Of a DNA stretch of 64,000 nucleotides, positions 51,345-62,049 are shown piece after piece. The stretch covers positions 132 through 64,131 of the forward strand of contig JAICMI010000003.1 of the NCBI GenBank assembly GCA_025929315.1, in the 5' to 3' direction. A program made the translations under genes and the position numbers. A model generated the notes under the pieces. It had not been told where the DNA came from and ran no database searches. It saw only the letters and a program-made list of their open reading frames with translations. Source of the DNA: Frankiaceae bacterium. Its GTDB lineage: Bacteria; Actinomycetota; Actinomycetes; JAFAQI01. The first letter of the stretch is position 1. Each line of letters opens with the position of its first letter.

Positions 51345-52248
51345 GGGGCTCAGTCTCGCGCGTGGCGGTCTCGGAGGGCTGCTTCGGCACGCCAAAGCCG
51401 AGCCGGCGCAGGATCGCCGGCAGTGCAAGGAGTACGACGCAGGCAACGGCCGCAGCCACCCCGGTGATCGTGGACGGGGCGTCGAGCAGCTTCATGGCTG
51501 ATGCGAGGAGCACCGCTGCGAGCACGGGCCGCAGCCAGTTCGTCGTCGTACGCGACGAGATCTGAGCGCCGATGAAAACGCCGGGGAGCGCGCCGATGAG
51601 CAGCGAGGTGGTGGTGTCGAAGGAGACGTGGCCGAAGAAGACATGGCCGAGCGCGGCAGCGCCCACGAGCGGCACGGCTTGCACGAGGTTGGTGCCGACG
51701 AGAACGCGGTTGGAGACCTGGGGATAGAGCCACATCAGGGCGACGATGATCATCGAGCCGGACCCGACCGAGGTCATGCCGACCACGAGACCCCCGAGCA
51801 GGCCGACGATGACTGTCGGCAGCCGGCGGACCGGGGTGGCGAGGCCGTCGCCCGTGACCTCGTCCCGGTGGATCAGCTCGCGCAGGACCATCGATCCGAA
51901 TGCCAACAACAGAGCGACGCCCAGCCCCAGCTTGATCCGATCCGCGAGCGTGTCACCGTTGCCGAGCGCGTTGAGGACGAAGACCCCCGCGAAGGCGGCC
52001 GGCGCGGCTGGGACCAGCAACCACTTCACGATCTGCTTGTGCACGGTCGCCGCTCTCCAGTGGACCGCGCCACCGACGGGCTTCATGAACAGCGAGGTGA
52101 CGAGGTCGCTCGAGACGGCGGTAGCCGGGTTGGTGTGGAAGAGGAGCACCAGGATCGGCGTCATCAGAGCGCCGCCACCCATGCCGGTGAGACCCACGAG
52201 CACGCCGACGATCAGTCCGGCGACGGACAGCAGGAGATCGACGTGCAC
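51322..52248 (-). CDS. TauE/SafE-family (sulfite-exporter-type) membrane protein
   Basis: 308 aa, GTG start, about 8 TM segments. Two repeated G-rich halves are present (LVGLTGMGGGALMTPILV; GLLGGLVVGMTSVGSGSMIIV). Confidence 0.85.
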   Translation of the reverse strand: MHVDLLLSVAGLIVGVLVGLTGMGGGALMTPILVLLFHTNPATAVSSDLVTSLFMKPVGGAVHWRAATVHKQIVKWLLVPAAPAAFAGVFVLNALGNGDTLADRIKLGLGVALLLAFGSMVLRELIHRDEVTGDGLATPVRRLPTVIVGLLGGLVVGMTSVGSGSMIIVALMWLYPQVSNRVLVGTNLVQAVPLVGAAALGHVFFGHVSFDTTTSLLIGALPGVFIGAQISSRTTTNWLRPVLAAVLLASAMKLLDAPSTITGVAAAVACVVLLALPAILRRLGFGVPKQPSETATRETEPRAHLSEV

Positions 52249-52301
52249 GATGGCGATCCCTTATGACGGGTATCTAGAGCGATTTTGTCTAGTCACTTCT
52301 G

Positions 52302-52330
52302 AGATTACTTCCCCGGACGGGGCAGTTCAA
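52302..52330 (-). promoter_or_regulatory. Candidate sigma-A-type promoter TTGAAC-N17-TAATCT for the TauE/Rrf2 operon
   Basis: On the minus strand the -35 TTGAAC is at 52330-52325 and the -10 TAATCT at 52307-52302. These lie in an AT-rich 86-bp gap. A small inverted repeat (CTAGA-N9-TCTAG, 52274-52292) lies just downstream. Confidence 0.3.
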
Positions 52331-52334
52331 GCAC

Positions 52335-52775
52335 CTAGTCGCGGCCACGCCACAGGATCACGGCGCCGGTGACGGCCGCCACGGCGCCGACGGCGAGGAG
52401 CACCCGGTCGACGCGGAGGCGCCGGGAGATCGCGTAGGACCCGGTGCCTGTCCACGCCGAACCGCCCTCCCCCTCGGCGATGGCCCGGACGGCACGGTGC
52501 CGGCCGGCCTCGTGCGCATGACCCGCTGCGGCAGGTGGGGCGTCGAGAACTGCCGCGGGCGCGTGTCCGTTGCTGCTGCTGTGGCCGTTGAGCACGGACG
52601 AGACGCTCTGCTTGACGGCGTGCGCCCCGCGGCTCGCCGCACGTTTGGGGCTGATGCGGTCGGCGATCGCGTCGATGGTGTCGGCCAGCTCCGCGCGGGT
52701 TTGCTCGATCTCACGCTGGATCTGGTCCGGGTTGCGCTGAGCCACGTCGCCTCCGTCGGGCTGCTCCGTTGTCAC
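52335..52775 (-). CDS. DUF3618-like protein with C-terminal TM helix
   Basis: 146 aa. NPDQIQREIEQTRAELADTIDAIADRISPKR is the characteristic DUF3618 N-terminus. A C-terminal hydrophobic helix is present. Confidence 0.7.
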   Translation of the reverse strand: MTTEQPDGGDVAQRNPDQIQREIEQTRAELADTIDAIADRISPKRAASRGAHAVKQSVSSVLNGHSSSNGHAPAAVLDAPPAAAGHAHEAGRHRAVRAIAEGEGGSAWTGTGSYAISRRLRVDRVLLAVGAVAAVTGAVILWRGRD

Positions 52776-52807
52776 GTCGATCCTCCCACTCCGGCTACGG
52801 TCGGGGT

Positions 52808-53275
52808 ATGCGCCTGTCCCCTGGTGACCTTGCCCCCGACTTCGAGCTCCTAGACGCGGACGAGCAGCCCGTATCGCTGATGCAGTTGCGTGGCGAGCGC
52901 GTCGTCATCTACTTCTACCCTGCCGCGCTGACTCCTGGCTGCACGACACAGGCATGCGACTTCCGCGACAACCTGGCGGTGCTCAAGGGCGCCGACACCG
53001 CGGTGATCGGCGTCTCGCCCGACCAGCCGGCCAAGCTGCGCGAGTTCCGCGAGAAGCACGGGCTGACGTTCCCGCTGCTGTCGGATCCGGACCACAAAGT
53101 GCTCGAGGCGTTCGGCGCCTGGGGCGAGAAGAAGCTCTACGGCAAGACCGTCACGGGTGTGATCCGCTCGACGGTCGTCGTCAATGGCAAGGGTGAGGTC
53201 GAGGAGGCGTTCTACAACGTCAAGGCGACCGGCCACGTCGCCAAGCTGCTGCGGGACCTCAAGCTCGCTTCATGA
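52808..53275 (+). CDS. bcp: Thiol peroxidase Bcp (peroxiredoxin)
   Basis: 155 aa from ATG 52808. GDLAPDFEL is present, and FYPAALTPGCTTQACDF contains the peroxidatic Cys motif. VIGVSPD is also present. Confidence 0.9.
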   Translation: MRLSPGDLAPDFELLDADEQPVSLMQLRGERVVIYFYPAALTPGCTTQACDFRDNLAVLKGADTAVIGVSPDQPAKLREFREKHGLTFPLLSDPDHKVLEAFGAWGEKKLYGKTVTGVIRSTVVVNGKGEVEEAFYNVKATGHVAKLLRDLKLAS

Positions 53276-54487
53276 CCTGCCGCGCCCGATCACGTGACGG
53301 GCAAGGTCGCGGACCAGTGCGGGGTCAGTCAGGAGTACGCCGAGTGCCCAGCGCGGGGAGAAGTCGGACGCGAACACACGCGCGGCCTGGGTCGCCGTCA
53401 ACCGATCGAGGCGGCGGATCGCGCGGTCCCAGTCCTCGTCGTGATAGTTCGCGATGCGCTTGTTGACGGCGTAGGAGATGGTCATGTCGCGGCGGGTGTG
53501 GCGACGCCAGGCACGGGGATAGGACGCGAGCCCGTGGGGCGTGAAGTCGCCACCCGCCTCGACGAGTGAACGGCCGGCGAAGCGACCAGCTTCGATCGCG
53601 TAGCGAATGCCTTCGCCCAGCAGGGTTGATCCCTGGCCGGCCGCATCTCCGACGACGACGAGACCGCGGCCGACGAGCTGGGTCGCCCGCGGTGGGATGA
53701 CGGGCATCAGGCCGCTGTGCATCTCGATGGCGCTCGCCGGGCTGGCCGGTCCGATGCGGGTGCGGAACTCGTCCAGCAAGCGATCGAGCAGCGCGCGGGG
53801 CTCCGCAACACTGTCGGGACGCAGGACCCCGACACCGAGGCGCACCCGCTCCTCGCCGCACGGGAACGCCCACCCATAACCGCCGGGAGCGATGTCATCG
53901 CCGAGCCAGAAGATAGCTTCGTCGTGGTCGTAGCCGGTCGCGCGAAGCTCGACTTCGAGCCCGACGGCGCTGCGTTCGTTGCCGGGACGCAGCCCGGCGC
54001 CACGGGCGAGAAAACCGGTGTGGCCGCTGGCATCGACGACGACGTGGCTCGTCAGCTCGTGCGGTCCGCGGAACGGATCACGCGTGCGCACACCGCGCAC
54101 GCGGCCATCGTGCTCGAGCAAACCCTCGACCTGGGCTTTGAGCCGGATCTCGGCACCTGCGTCCACCGCTTGCGCACCGAGCCACTGGTAGGTGCGCCGT
54201 ACATCGAGAACGCAACCGACCGGACGCCGATATGTCTTGACCACTTCGGTGCTGGGGCCGACCACGCGGATGCGGTGCACCGGATGCCAGCAACTCGACG
54301 GAACGCCGAGACGTTTGAGCGGCTTGATGAAGCTGCCGCCACTGGTGCGCACAGGTTCACCGATCGCGTGCGAGCGTTCGCACACGACGACGCGCAGGCC
54401 CCCGCGCGCGGCTTCGGCAGCAGTCGCGAGGCCGGCGGGACCGCCGCCGACGACGACGACATCCGCCGTGTCGCTGCGCCCACTCAC
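53270..54487 (-). CDS. FAD-dependent oxidoreductase, geranylgeranyl-reductase family
   Basis: 405 aa. The N-terminus carries VVVVGGGPAGLATAAEAARGGLRVVVCER. GDAAGQGSTLLGEGIRYA is also present. Confidence 0.85.
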   Translation of the reverse strand: MSGRSDTADVVVVGGGPAGLATAAEAARGGLRVVVCERSHAIGEPVRTSGGSFIKPLKRLGVPSSCWHPVHRIRVVGPSTEVVKTYRRPVGCVLDVRRTYQWLGAQAVDAGAEIRLKAQVEGLLEHDGRVRGVRTRDPFRGPHELTSHVVVDASGHTGFLARGAGLRPGNERSAVGLEVELRATGYDHDEAIFWLGDDIAPGGYGWAFPCGEERVRLGVGVLRPDSVAEPRALLDRLLDEFRTRIGPASPASAIEMHSGLMPVIPPRATQLVGRGLVVVGDAAGQGSTLLGEGIRYAIEAGRFAGRSLVEAGGDFTPHGLASYPRAWRRHTRRDMTISYAVNKRIANYHDEDWDRAIRRLDRLTATQAARVFASDFSPRWALGVLLTDPALVRDLARHVIGRGRS

Positions 54488-54496
54488 GCGCCGACA

Positions 54497-55177
54497 CTAA
54501 TCGGCGAAGCGCAAGCCCGTGACCGGGTGGAGCTCGAGATCGTCCGGAGCCATGCCGGTCTGGCCGTGGAAGTAGTCGAAGAAGCCGACGCCGCGGACGA
54601 CGACACGACGGTTCGTCGGCTTGAAGTCGCTGGTCACACTGAAGTGGGAGTCCGCCCAGGCTCGCGCCGTTCGGACCGCGGTCTTGACGGGGCTGATTTT
54701 TGCAACGCACGACGGGTTCGGGATCTCTGCGATCAGCGTTCGGCCGGCGTGGTCCTGAAGGACAAGGTGGTAGTCGCCGTCCGCCTCACGGACGTAGTCG
54801 ACCAGGCGCGCGTCTACGCGGTAGGTGGTGAGCTCCACCGGAGCTACTCGACCCGTCTGGGGGCGGTACGACGGCGTCTTTCGGGTGCGCAGGTAGCGGA
54901 TCGAGGCGTCACGTGGCTTGGTCGCGATGTGAAGCCGATCGTCATCGGTTGCCGTCTTGACGGTCCAGCGTTCGGTGCCACACGCGCTGAGGGCCAGTGA
55001 CAGCTGAGCGCGCCCCACCGCGTCATGCCGGAAGTAGACAGCCAACGGATCTGTGATGGTCGCTCCGCGGGTCGCGGATTGACGACTCGTAGCCGCAAAG
55101 CTCGGAGAACCAAGGACTAATGCGACGACAGCGGCGCAGCAGCCGCCAATCACCCTCGCGCCTTTCACGATCAGCAC
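54497..55177 (-). CDS. Secreted hypothetical protein
   Basis: 226 aa. It has a signal-like N-terminus (GGCCAAVVALVLGSPSFAA) and conserved-looking blocks (EADGDYHLVLQD, GVGFFDYFHGQTGMAPDDLELHPV). No family is confidently recognised. Confidence 0.6.
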   Translation of the reverse strand: MLIVKGARVIGGCCAAVVALVLGSPSFAATSRQSATRGATITDPLAVYFRHDAVGRAQLSLALSACGTERWTVKTATDDDRLHIATKPRDASIRYLRTRKTPSYRPQTGRVAPVELTTYRVDARLVDYVREADGDYHLVLQDHAGRTLIAEIPNPSCVAKISPVKTAVRTARAWADSHFSVTSDFKPTNRRVVVRGVGFFDYFHGQTGMAPDDLELHPVTGLRFAD

Positions 55178-55248
55178 GGTACGTAACTACGGGAGCTCGT
55201 ATGACCGAATCGGGACGAAATGACCTGAACGGACTACGTCCCTGCTCG

Positions 55249-55321
55249 TAGGGTCGGTGGGACTCGAACCCACACTGGGACGCCCCTAAAACGTCTGCCT
55301 CTACCTTTGGGCTACGACCCC
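55249..55321 (-). tRNA. tRNA, 73 nt, anticodon UAG (Leu by anticodon) but class-I length; isotype uncertain
   Basis: Minus-strand cloverleaf: GGGGUCG-UA-GCCC-AAAGGUAG-AGGC-A-GACGU-UUUAGGG-GCGUC-CCAGU-GUGGG-UUCGAGU-CCCAC-CGACCCU-A. The T-arm is perfect with a GUUCGAGU loop. G1-U72, C13-A22 and U31-G39 are non-Watson-Crick. No CCA is encoded. Confidence 0.7.
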
Positions 55322-56002
55322 GCAACGCCTCCAGGGTAGAAGCAGGGAGCGCTCAACGCGGACCGGTCGGACAGACGCCGGCACCACGTGGGCGTCTGCG
55401 CGTGGCAGTTCGGGCACAGAAAGCGCAGATTCTCGGGCCTGTTGTCCAGCCAGTCGCCACTGCGGTGATCAACGATGAGCCGCAGGGGGCGACCCTGCCA
55501 CGTGGTGCCACAACTGCACTGCTCGCATATCTCCGGCACGCCGATCTCGGTCAGGGCACGGCGCAGGCGCTTGGCATCCTCGCGGTAAGAGCCCGCAGCA
55601 CGAACGCGTAGTACCTGCTCCGGCCGCAGCCGGCGACGGGCCGGCCTTCCTCGTTGATGCGCCTGCCCCAGGAAATGGCCGGTATCAAGCCCACTCGCCT
55701 TGATTCTCCGGGCGATATAGGCCTGCGAGCCCCCCCGCCAAAGGAATGCCGAGCTTTCGCATCACCCCCGCGATCGACGTGGACTCGGCGACGGCGCGCA
55801 CCAGATCCTCGGGTGAGTACAACCGCCTGTGCGAATGTCTCCAATGGCTTGTGTCAACCTGCCACCGCTTCAATCGGTCGCGCCATCGCTTACGGGTGAG
55901 TTGGTCAAGCGGCTCCCCCATCTTTGTGAGGAACTCGGTCATGTTCGTGGACGCGGCTACGGTCGCCACGACCAGTGCGCGCTCTGGCATCTCGCTCGGC
56001 AT
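55312..56002 (-). pseudogene. HNH endonuclease gene disrupted by a frameshift in a G7 run
   Basis: The N-terminal frame (ATG 56002 or 55990: ...STNMTEFLTKMGEPL...RLKRWQVDTSHW...STSIAGVMRKLGIPLAGG) stops at 55685. After the C7/G7 run at 55720-55726 a second frame continues (SQAYIARRIKASGLDTGHF...). That frame runs into the HNH core LIVDHRSGDWLDNRPENLRFLCPNCHAQT. Removing one G restores a single ORF. Confidence 0.6.
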
Positions 56003-56045
56003 CGGCCCACGAAACAAGTGCGGTACGACGGTTTTTCTGCGCTTC

Positions 56046-56669
56046 CTACGGAGCTGTGGACAGCAGCTCGTCCAGCAGCGGCAACAAGGAGCGGAAGGCC
56101 GCGCCACGGTGGCTGATCGCGTCCTTCTCTGCCGCTGACATCTCCGCGGTCGTGCGGCTCTCCCCCATCGGTACGAAGATCGGGTCGTAACCGAAGCCTC
56201 CGGCACCGCGTGGCGCCCGAAGCAGGGAGCCTTCGACACGTCCCTCGACGACGACCTCACGTCCGTCGGGCGTCGCCGCGGCCGCGGCACACACGAATGC
56301 GGCACCGCGGCGCTCGTCCGGCACATTCTCGATCTGCTCGAGCACGAGCTGGAGGTTGGCGGCATCGTCGCGCGCCCGGCCGGCCCAGTAGACCGACAGC
56401 ACTCCTGGCATCCCGTTCAACGCATCAACGGCGATGCCGCTGTCGTCCGCGATCGCCACGAGACCGGTCGCAGCGGCAGCGGCGTGGGCCTTGAGCAATG
56501 CGTTCTCGGCAAAGGTTGCGCCGGTTTCAGCAACCTCACCGGCATCCGGAAACTCGTCGAGTCCGATCAGCGTGATGCCCGACGGCGCGAGGATGCGTCG
56601 CAGCTCGTCGACCTTGTGCGCGTTCCGCGTGGCAAGGACCACGCGTCGCGACGACGCGTCCGGGCTCAC
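56046..56669 (-). CDS. rdgB: Non-canonical purine NTP pyrophosphatase RdgB/HAM1
   Basis: 207 aa. Contains [47 protein letters not shown] and GGFGYDPIF. Confidence 0.9.
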   Translation of the reverse strand: MSPDASSRRVVLATRNAHKVDELRRILAPSGITLIGLDEFPDAGEVAETGATFAENALLKAHAAAAATGLVAIADDSGIAVDALNGMPGVLSVYWAGRARDDAANLQLVLEQIENVPDERRGAAFVCAAAAATPDGREVVVEGRVEGSLLRAPRGAGGFGYDPIFVPMGESRTTAEMSAAEKDAISHRGAAFRSLLPLLDELLSTAP

Positions 56670-57424
56670 ATGCCCGTCGGGTCGGTCACGCCGCGCGGAC
56701 GACGCGGCGTCGACAACGACTGCTGTTGCACGGCAGTCAGCTCTGCGCAGCCCTTGACCGCGAGATCGACAAGCCCATCGAGCAGCTTGCGGTCGAATGG
56801 CTCACCCTCGGCGGTCCCCTGAACTTCGACGAAGCGACCGTCGCCCGTGCACACGACGTTCATGTCCGTCTCGGCAGCGACATCTTCTTCGTAGCAAAGG
56901 TCAAGTCGTGGGCCGTCCGCGAAGAGACCAACGGAGACGGCGCTGATCGAGGCAACCAGGGGCTCTCCGGCGAGCGCACCGCGGCCGCGAAGGTAGTCAA
57001 CGGCGTCCGCGAGGGCGACATAGGCACCGGTGATCGCCGCTGTCCGGGTGCCACCGTCGGCCTGCAACACGTCGCAGTCGAGCACGATCGTGTTCTCGCC
57101 CAGAGCTTTGTAGTCGATGCATGCGCGCAGCGAGCGGCCGACGAGCCGAGAGATCTCGTGCGTGCGGCCGCCGATCCGGCCCTTGACCGACTCACGGTCC
57201 GAGCGGGTATGGGTCGAACGGGGCAGCATCGCGTACTCGGCCGTCACCCAGCCGAGGCCGCTGCCTTTGCGCCAGCGCGGCACACCCTCGGTCACCGATG
57301 CGGCGACAAGCACTCGGGTGCGGCCGAACTCGACCAGCACCGAGCCCTCGGCGTGGTCCAGCCAGTCGCGATTGATGGTTACCGGCCGCAGCTCGTCCGG
57401 CTGCCGTCCGTCCGGGCGTGACAT
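56666..57424 (-). CDS. rph: Ribonuclease PH
   Basis: 252 aa from ATG 57424 ([39 protein letters not shown]). [14 protein letters not shown] and [14 protein letters not shown] are present. ATGA-type overlap with rdgB. Confidence 0.95.
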   Translation of the reverse strand: MSRPDGRQPDELRPVTINRDWLDHAEGSVLVEFGRTRVLVAASVTEGVPRWRKGSGLGWVTAEYAMLPRSTHTRSDRESVKGRIGGRTHEISRLVGRSLRACIDYKALGENTIVLDCDVLQADGGTRTAAITGAYVALADAVDYLRGRGALAGEPLVASISAVSVGLFADGPRLDLCYEEDVAAETDMNVVCTGDGRFVEVQGTAEGEPFDRKLLDGLVDLAVKGCAELTAVQQQSLSTPRRPRGVTDPTGM

Positions 57425-57447
57425 GCGGACCTCTCGAAGTGGTGGAT

Positions 57448-58193
57448 TCAGATGTCGTAGACGGCGCCGGCCTCGACGATCGAAAGGTTGCCGTCGTAGA
57501 CCTGCTCCGCCTCCGCGAGCGTACGGCTCGCGTCGCCCCACGGCACCAGGTGGGTGAGCAACAGTCGCCCGACACCCGCCCAGCTCGCGTGCTCCGCCGC
57601 CTGCTTGCCCGTCAGGTGAATGTTCGGTGGGTTGGGGTCACCCTCGAGATAGGACGCCTCGCACAGGAACACGTCGACGTCTCGCGCCAACGTGACCAGC
57701 TCATCGCTGACTCCGCTGTCCGCGCTGTAAGCGAGGGTGCGACCTCCGGCGGTGATGCGCATGCCATAGGTCTCGATGGGGTGGTTGACCGTGCCGAGGT
57801 CGATGTCGAACGGACCGATGCCGATCCGACCAGGGCCGCCCACGGGATGGAAGTCGTATACCGCAGACAGCAGGTCGTCCACCGGTCGACCGAACGCGCC
57901 GGCAATGTGCGCTTCGACGTCGCTCGGACCATGTACGGGGACCGGACCCGGGGATCCGTCCGGGTGGTAGCGGCGTGCGTAGGTGTAGGTGATCAGATCG
58001 AGGTAGTGGTCGCCGTGAAGATGACTGAGCATCACGGCGTCGATGTCGAGCAGTCCACACGACCGTTGCAGCGCACCCGTTGAGCCGTTGCCTGCGTCGA
58101 TCAGCAGCCGGAAGCCGTCATGCTCGAGCAGGTACGACGAGCACGCGGCGTCGGGTCCGGGAAAGGTGCCGGCGCACCCGACGATCGTGAGCT

Positions 58194-58197
<4 letters not shown>
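57448..58197 (-). CDS. MBL-fold metallo-hydrolase (Rv1339-like)
   Basis: 249 aa. LLIDAGNG is present, along with the metallo-beta-lactamase motif [12 protein letters not shown]. Its position between rph and murI matches M. tuberculosis. Confidence 0.85.
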
Positions 58198-60335
<2,138 letters not shown>

Positions 60336-60396
60336 ATTGTCGCAACCCGCGATGAGCGCGGGACATTCCGGACCGCCGGGGCGGTCCAGCGGCCAC

Positions 60397-60606
60397 TCAC
60401 GGACCGAAGATCACCAGGCAGGCACGCTGCTCGGCGTCGTTCAACTGCTGCTGTGACAACCGCGGGCACATGAGCCGGGAGGACTGCGGGCCGCTGACGG
60501 CTGGTGAGCGCGTCGCTCCGACCGACGAGGTGCTTGCCATCGCCGGGACAACGCTCGCGGCCGCCATGCCGACGGCAACCCCGGCCAGTACAAGACGACG
60601 GCTCAT
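60397..60606 (-). CDS. Small secreted Cys-containing protein (69 aa), hypothetical
   Basis: MSRRLVLAGVAVGMAAASVVPAMASTSSVG...MCPRLSQQQLNDAEQRACLVIFGP. ATG at 60606 is preceded by GGGAG 7 nt upstream. It has a signal-peptide-like N-terminus and two Cys in the mature part. It fills the mec-cysO gap. Confidence 0.45.
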   Translation of the reverse strand: MSRRLVLAGVAVGMAAASVVPAMASTSSVGATRSPAVSGPQSSRLMCPRLSQQQLNDAEQRACLVIFGP

Positions 60607-60697
60607 GAGAACTCCCAGCTCGCGACATGTCGGACGTCCGCGATCGTCGTCGAGTGCAGAGAGGCCCGCAAGGGAGGTTGCCCTTCGTGAACGTCCG

Positions 60698-61102
60698 TCA
60701 GGTGACGCGGACCGGCTCCTCGGTGACCTCGCCGTCGACGATGCGAAAGCTCCGCAGCTCGACGGTCTCCTCGTCACGGGTCGACACCAGCACGTAGTGC
60801 GCCCCCGGCTCGCTCGCCAGCGAGATGTCCGTGCGCGACGGGTAGGCCTCCGTCGCCGTGTGCGAGTGGTAGATCACGACCGGCTCCTCGTCGCGCTCGT
60901 CCATCGCCTTCCAGACGCGGAACTGCTCCATTGCGTCGAACCGGTAGAACGTCGGCGACCGCTCGGCGTTGTCCATCGCGATGAACCGCTCCGGCCGGTC
61001 GCTGCCGGCCGGGCCGGCGATCACGCCACACGCCTCGTCGGGATGGTCGCGACGGGCGTGGGCGACGATGGCGTCGTACAGGTCCTGGCGCAGTTCGAGC
61101 AC
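60698..61102 (-). CDS. mec: JAMM/MPN+ metalloprotease (Mec-type, CysO C-terminal processing)
   Basis: 134 aa from GTG 61102 (VLELRQDLYDAIVAHARRDHPDEACGVIAG). The JAMM motif HSHTATEAYPSRTD is present. The rest of ORF-track ORF 60698..61777 overlaps the DUF2017 gene in another frame. Confidence 0.85.
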   Translation of the reverse strand: MLELRQDLYDAIVAHARRDHPDEACGVIAGPAGSDRPERFIAMDNAERSPTFYRFDAMEQFRVWKAMDERDEEPVVIYHSHTATEAYPSRTDISLASEPGAHYVLVSTRDEETVELRSFRIVDGEVTEEPVRVT

Positions 61103-61130
61103 GGCAGCGAGCGTACGGCGCCAGCGCGGG

Positions 61131-61676
61131 TCAGTCGTCCATCGCCGCGACGACCAGCCGGTCCTGCAAGGCGCTGAACCAGCCGTAGAAGTCGTAGAGC
61201 GCAGCGTGCGGGTCGTCCGCAGCCAGGTCGTCGCGCGCGTCCGGCCAGTCCTCGGTGATGTCCAACCGCGTGCCGAGCACGAGGCGGACGTCGTTGACCG
61301 CCTGCAGCCACATCCCGACGCCCTCGTCGAGATCCAGCTGTATCCGGTCGGCCGTGGCGACGTCGTCGAGCACCCGATCGATGGCCTCGGTCTTGCGCGC
61401 GCGCAGGTCCGCGTCGGTGAGCCGGCGGAACTCGGCGGACTGCTCGGTGTCGCCGTACGCGTCCGGCAGCAACCGCAGCAGGATCGGGTCCTGCGGCGTC
61501 TCCACCGGGCCGTCCGACATTCCGACAAGCGCAGCCAGCGGGTCAGCGTCCGCGGCGCCGTCGTCGTCAGCCGCCAGCAGCGCCCGCACGGCCCCGAGCA
61601 AGCTGGCGACGACGGTCCGCTCGGCCGCGTCGAGACGGACGACGACCTTGTCGCCGCGGCGCTTGATCGATCCCAC
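61131..61676 (-). CDS. DUF2017-like protein
   Basis: 181 aa, acidic. Its position between clpS and mec matches other actinobacteria as I recall them. No catalytic motif is recognised. Confidence 0.7.
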   Translation of the reverse strand: MGSIKRRGDKVVVRLDAAERTVVASLLGAVRALLAADDDGAADADPLAALVGMSDGPVETPQDPILLRLLPDAYGDTEQSAEFRRLTDADLRARKTEAIDRVLDDVATADRIQLDLDEGVGMWLQAVNDVRLVLGTRLDITEDWPDARDDLAADDPHAALYDFYGWFSALQDRLVVAAMDD

Positions 61677-61679
61677 GCG

Positions 61680-61991
61680 TCAGTCGTCCTGCTGCAACGT
61701 CGCCCAGAGACCGGCGGCGTGCAGTCGTGCGACGTCGATCTCCATCTGCTCGCGGGTACCCGACGACACGACCGCACGCCCTTTCTCGTGGACGTCGAGC
61801 ATCAGCTTGTGCGCCTTCTCCTTGCTGTAACCGAAGAGCTTCTGGAACACGTAGGTGACGTAGCTCATCAGGTTGATCGGGTCGTTCCACACGATGGCGA
61901 TCCATGGCCGGTCCGGCTCGACGACGTCCTCGTCACTCGGGGCCTCGAGCTCCTCGACCGTTGGTGTCGCCACGCCGACATGGTCGCGCAT
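61680..61991 (-). CDS. clpS: ATP-dependent Clp protease adaptor ClpS
   Basis: [46 protein letters not shown] is a near-canonical ClpS core. Start placed at ATG 61991; the ORF-track start 62036 is possible. Confidence 0.9.
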   Translation of the reverse strand: MRDHVGVATPTVEELEAPSDEDVVEPDRPWIAIVWNDPINLMSYVTYVFQKLFGYSKEKAHKLMLDVHEKGRAVVSSGTREQMEIDVARLHAAGLWATLQQDD

Positions 61992-62049
61992 GAACGCCCT
62001 GGCGGAAAACCGCGAGGGACCCACGCCCGCGCTCACCTAGGGTGGGAGC

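Noticed and set aside
55178-55248. Possible terminator or att-like sequence downstream of the tRNA (GGGACG-N19-CGTCCC).
   Set aside because: The stem is short with a large loop. I found no direct repeat of the tRNA 3' end elsewhere in the window, so an integration scar cannot be supported.
61103-61777. Upstream 225 codons of ORF 60698..61777 (359 aa).
   Set aside because: Only the last 134 aa carry the JAMM/Mec signature. The rest overlaps the DUF2017 gene and has an Arg/Ser/Thr-rich shadow-frame composition.
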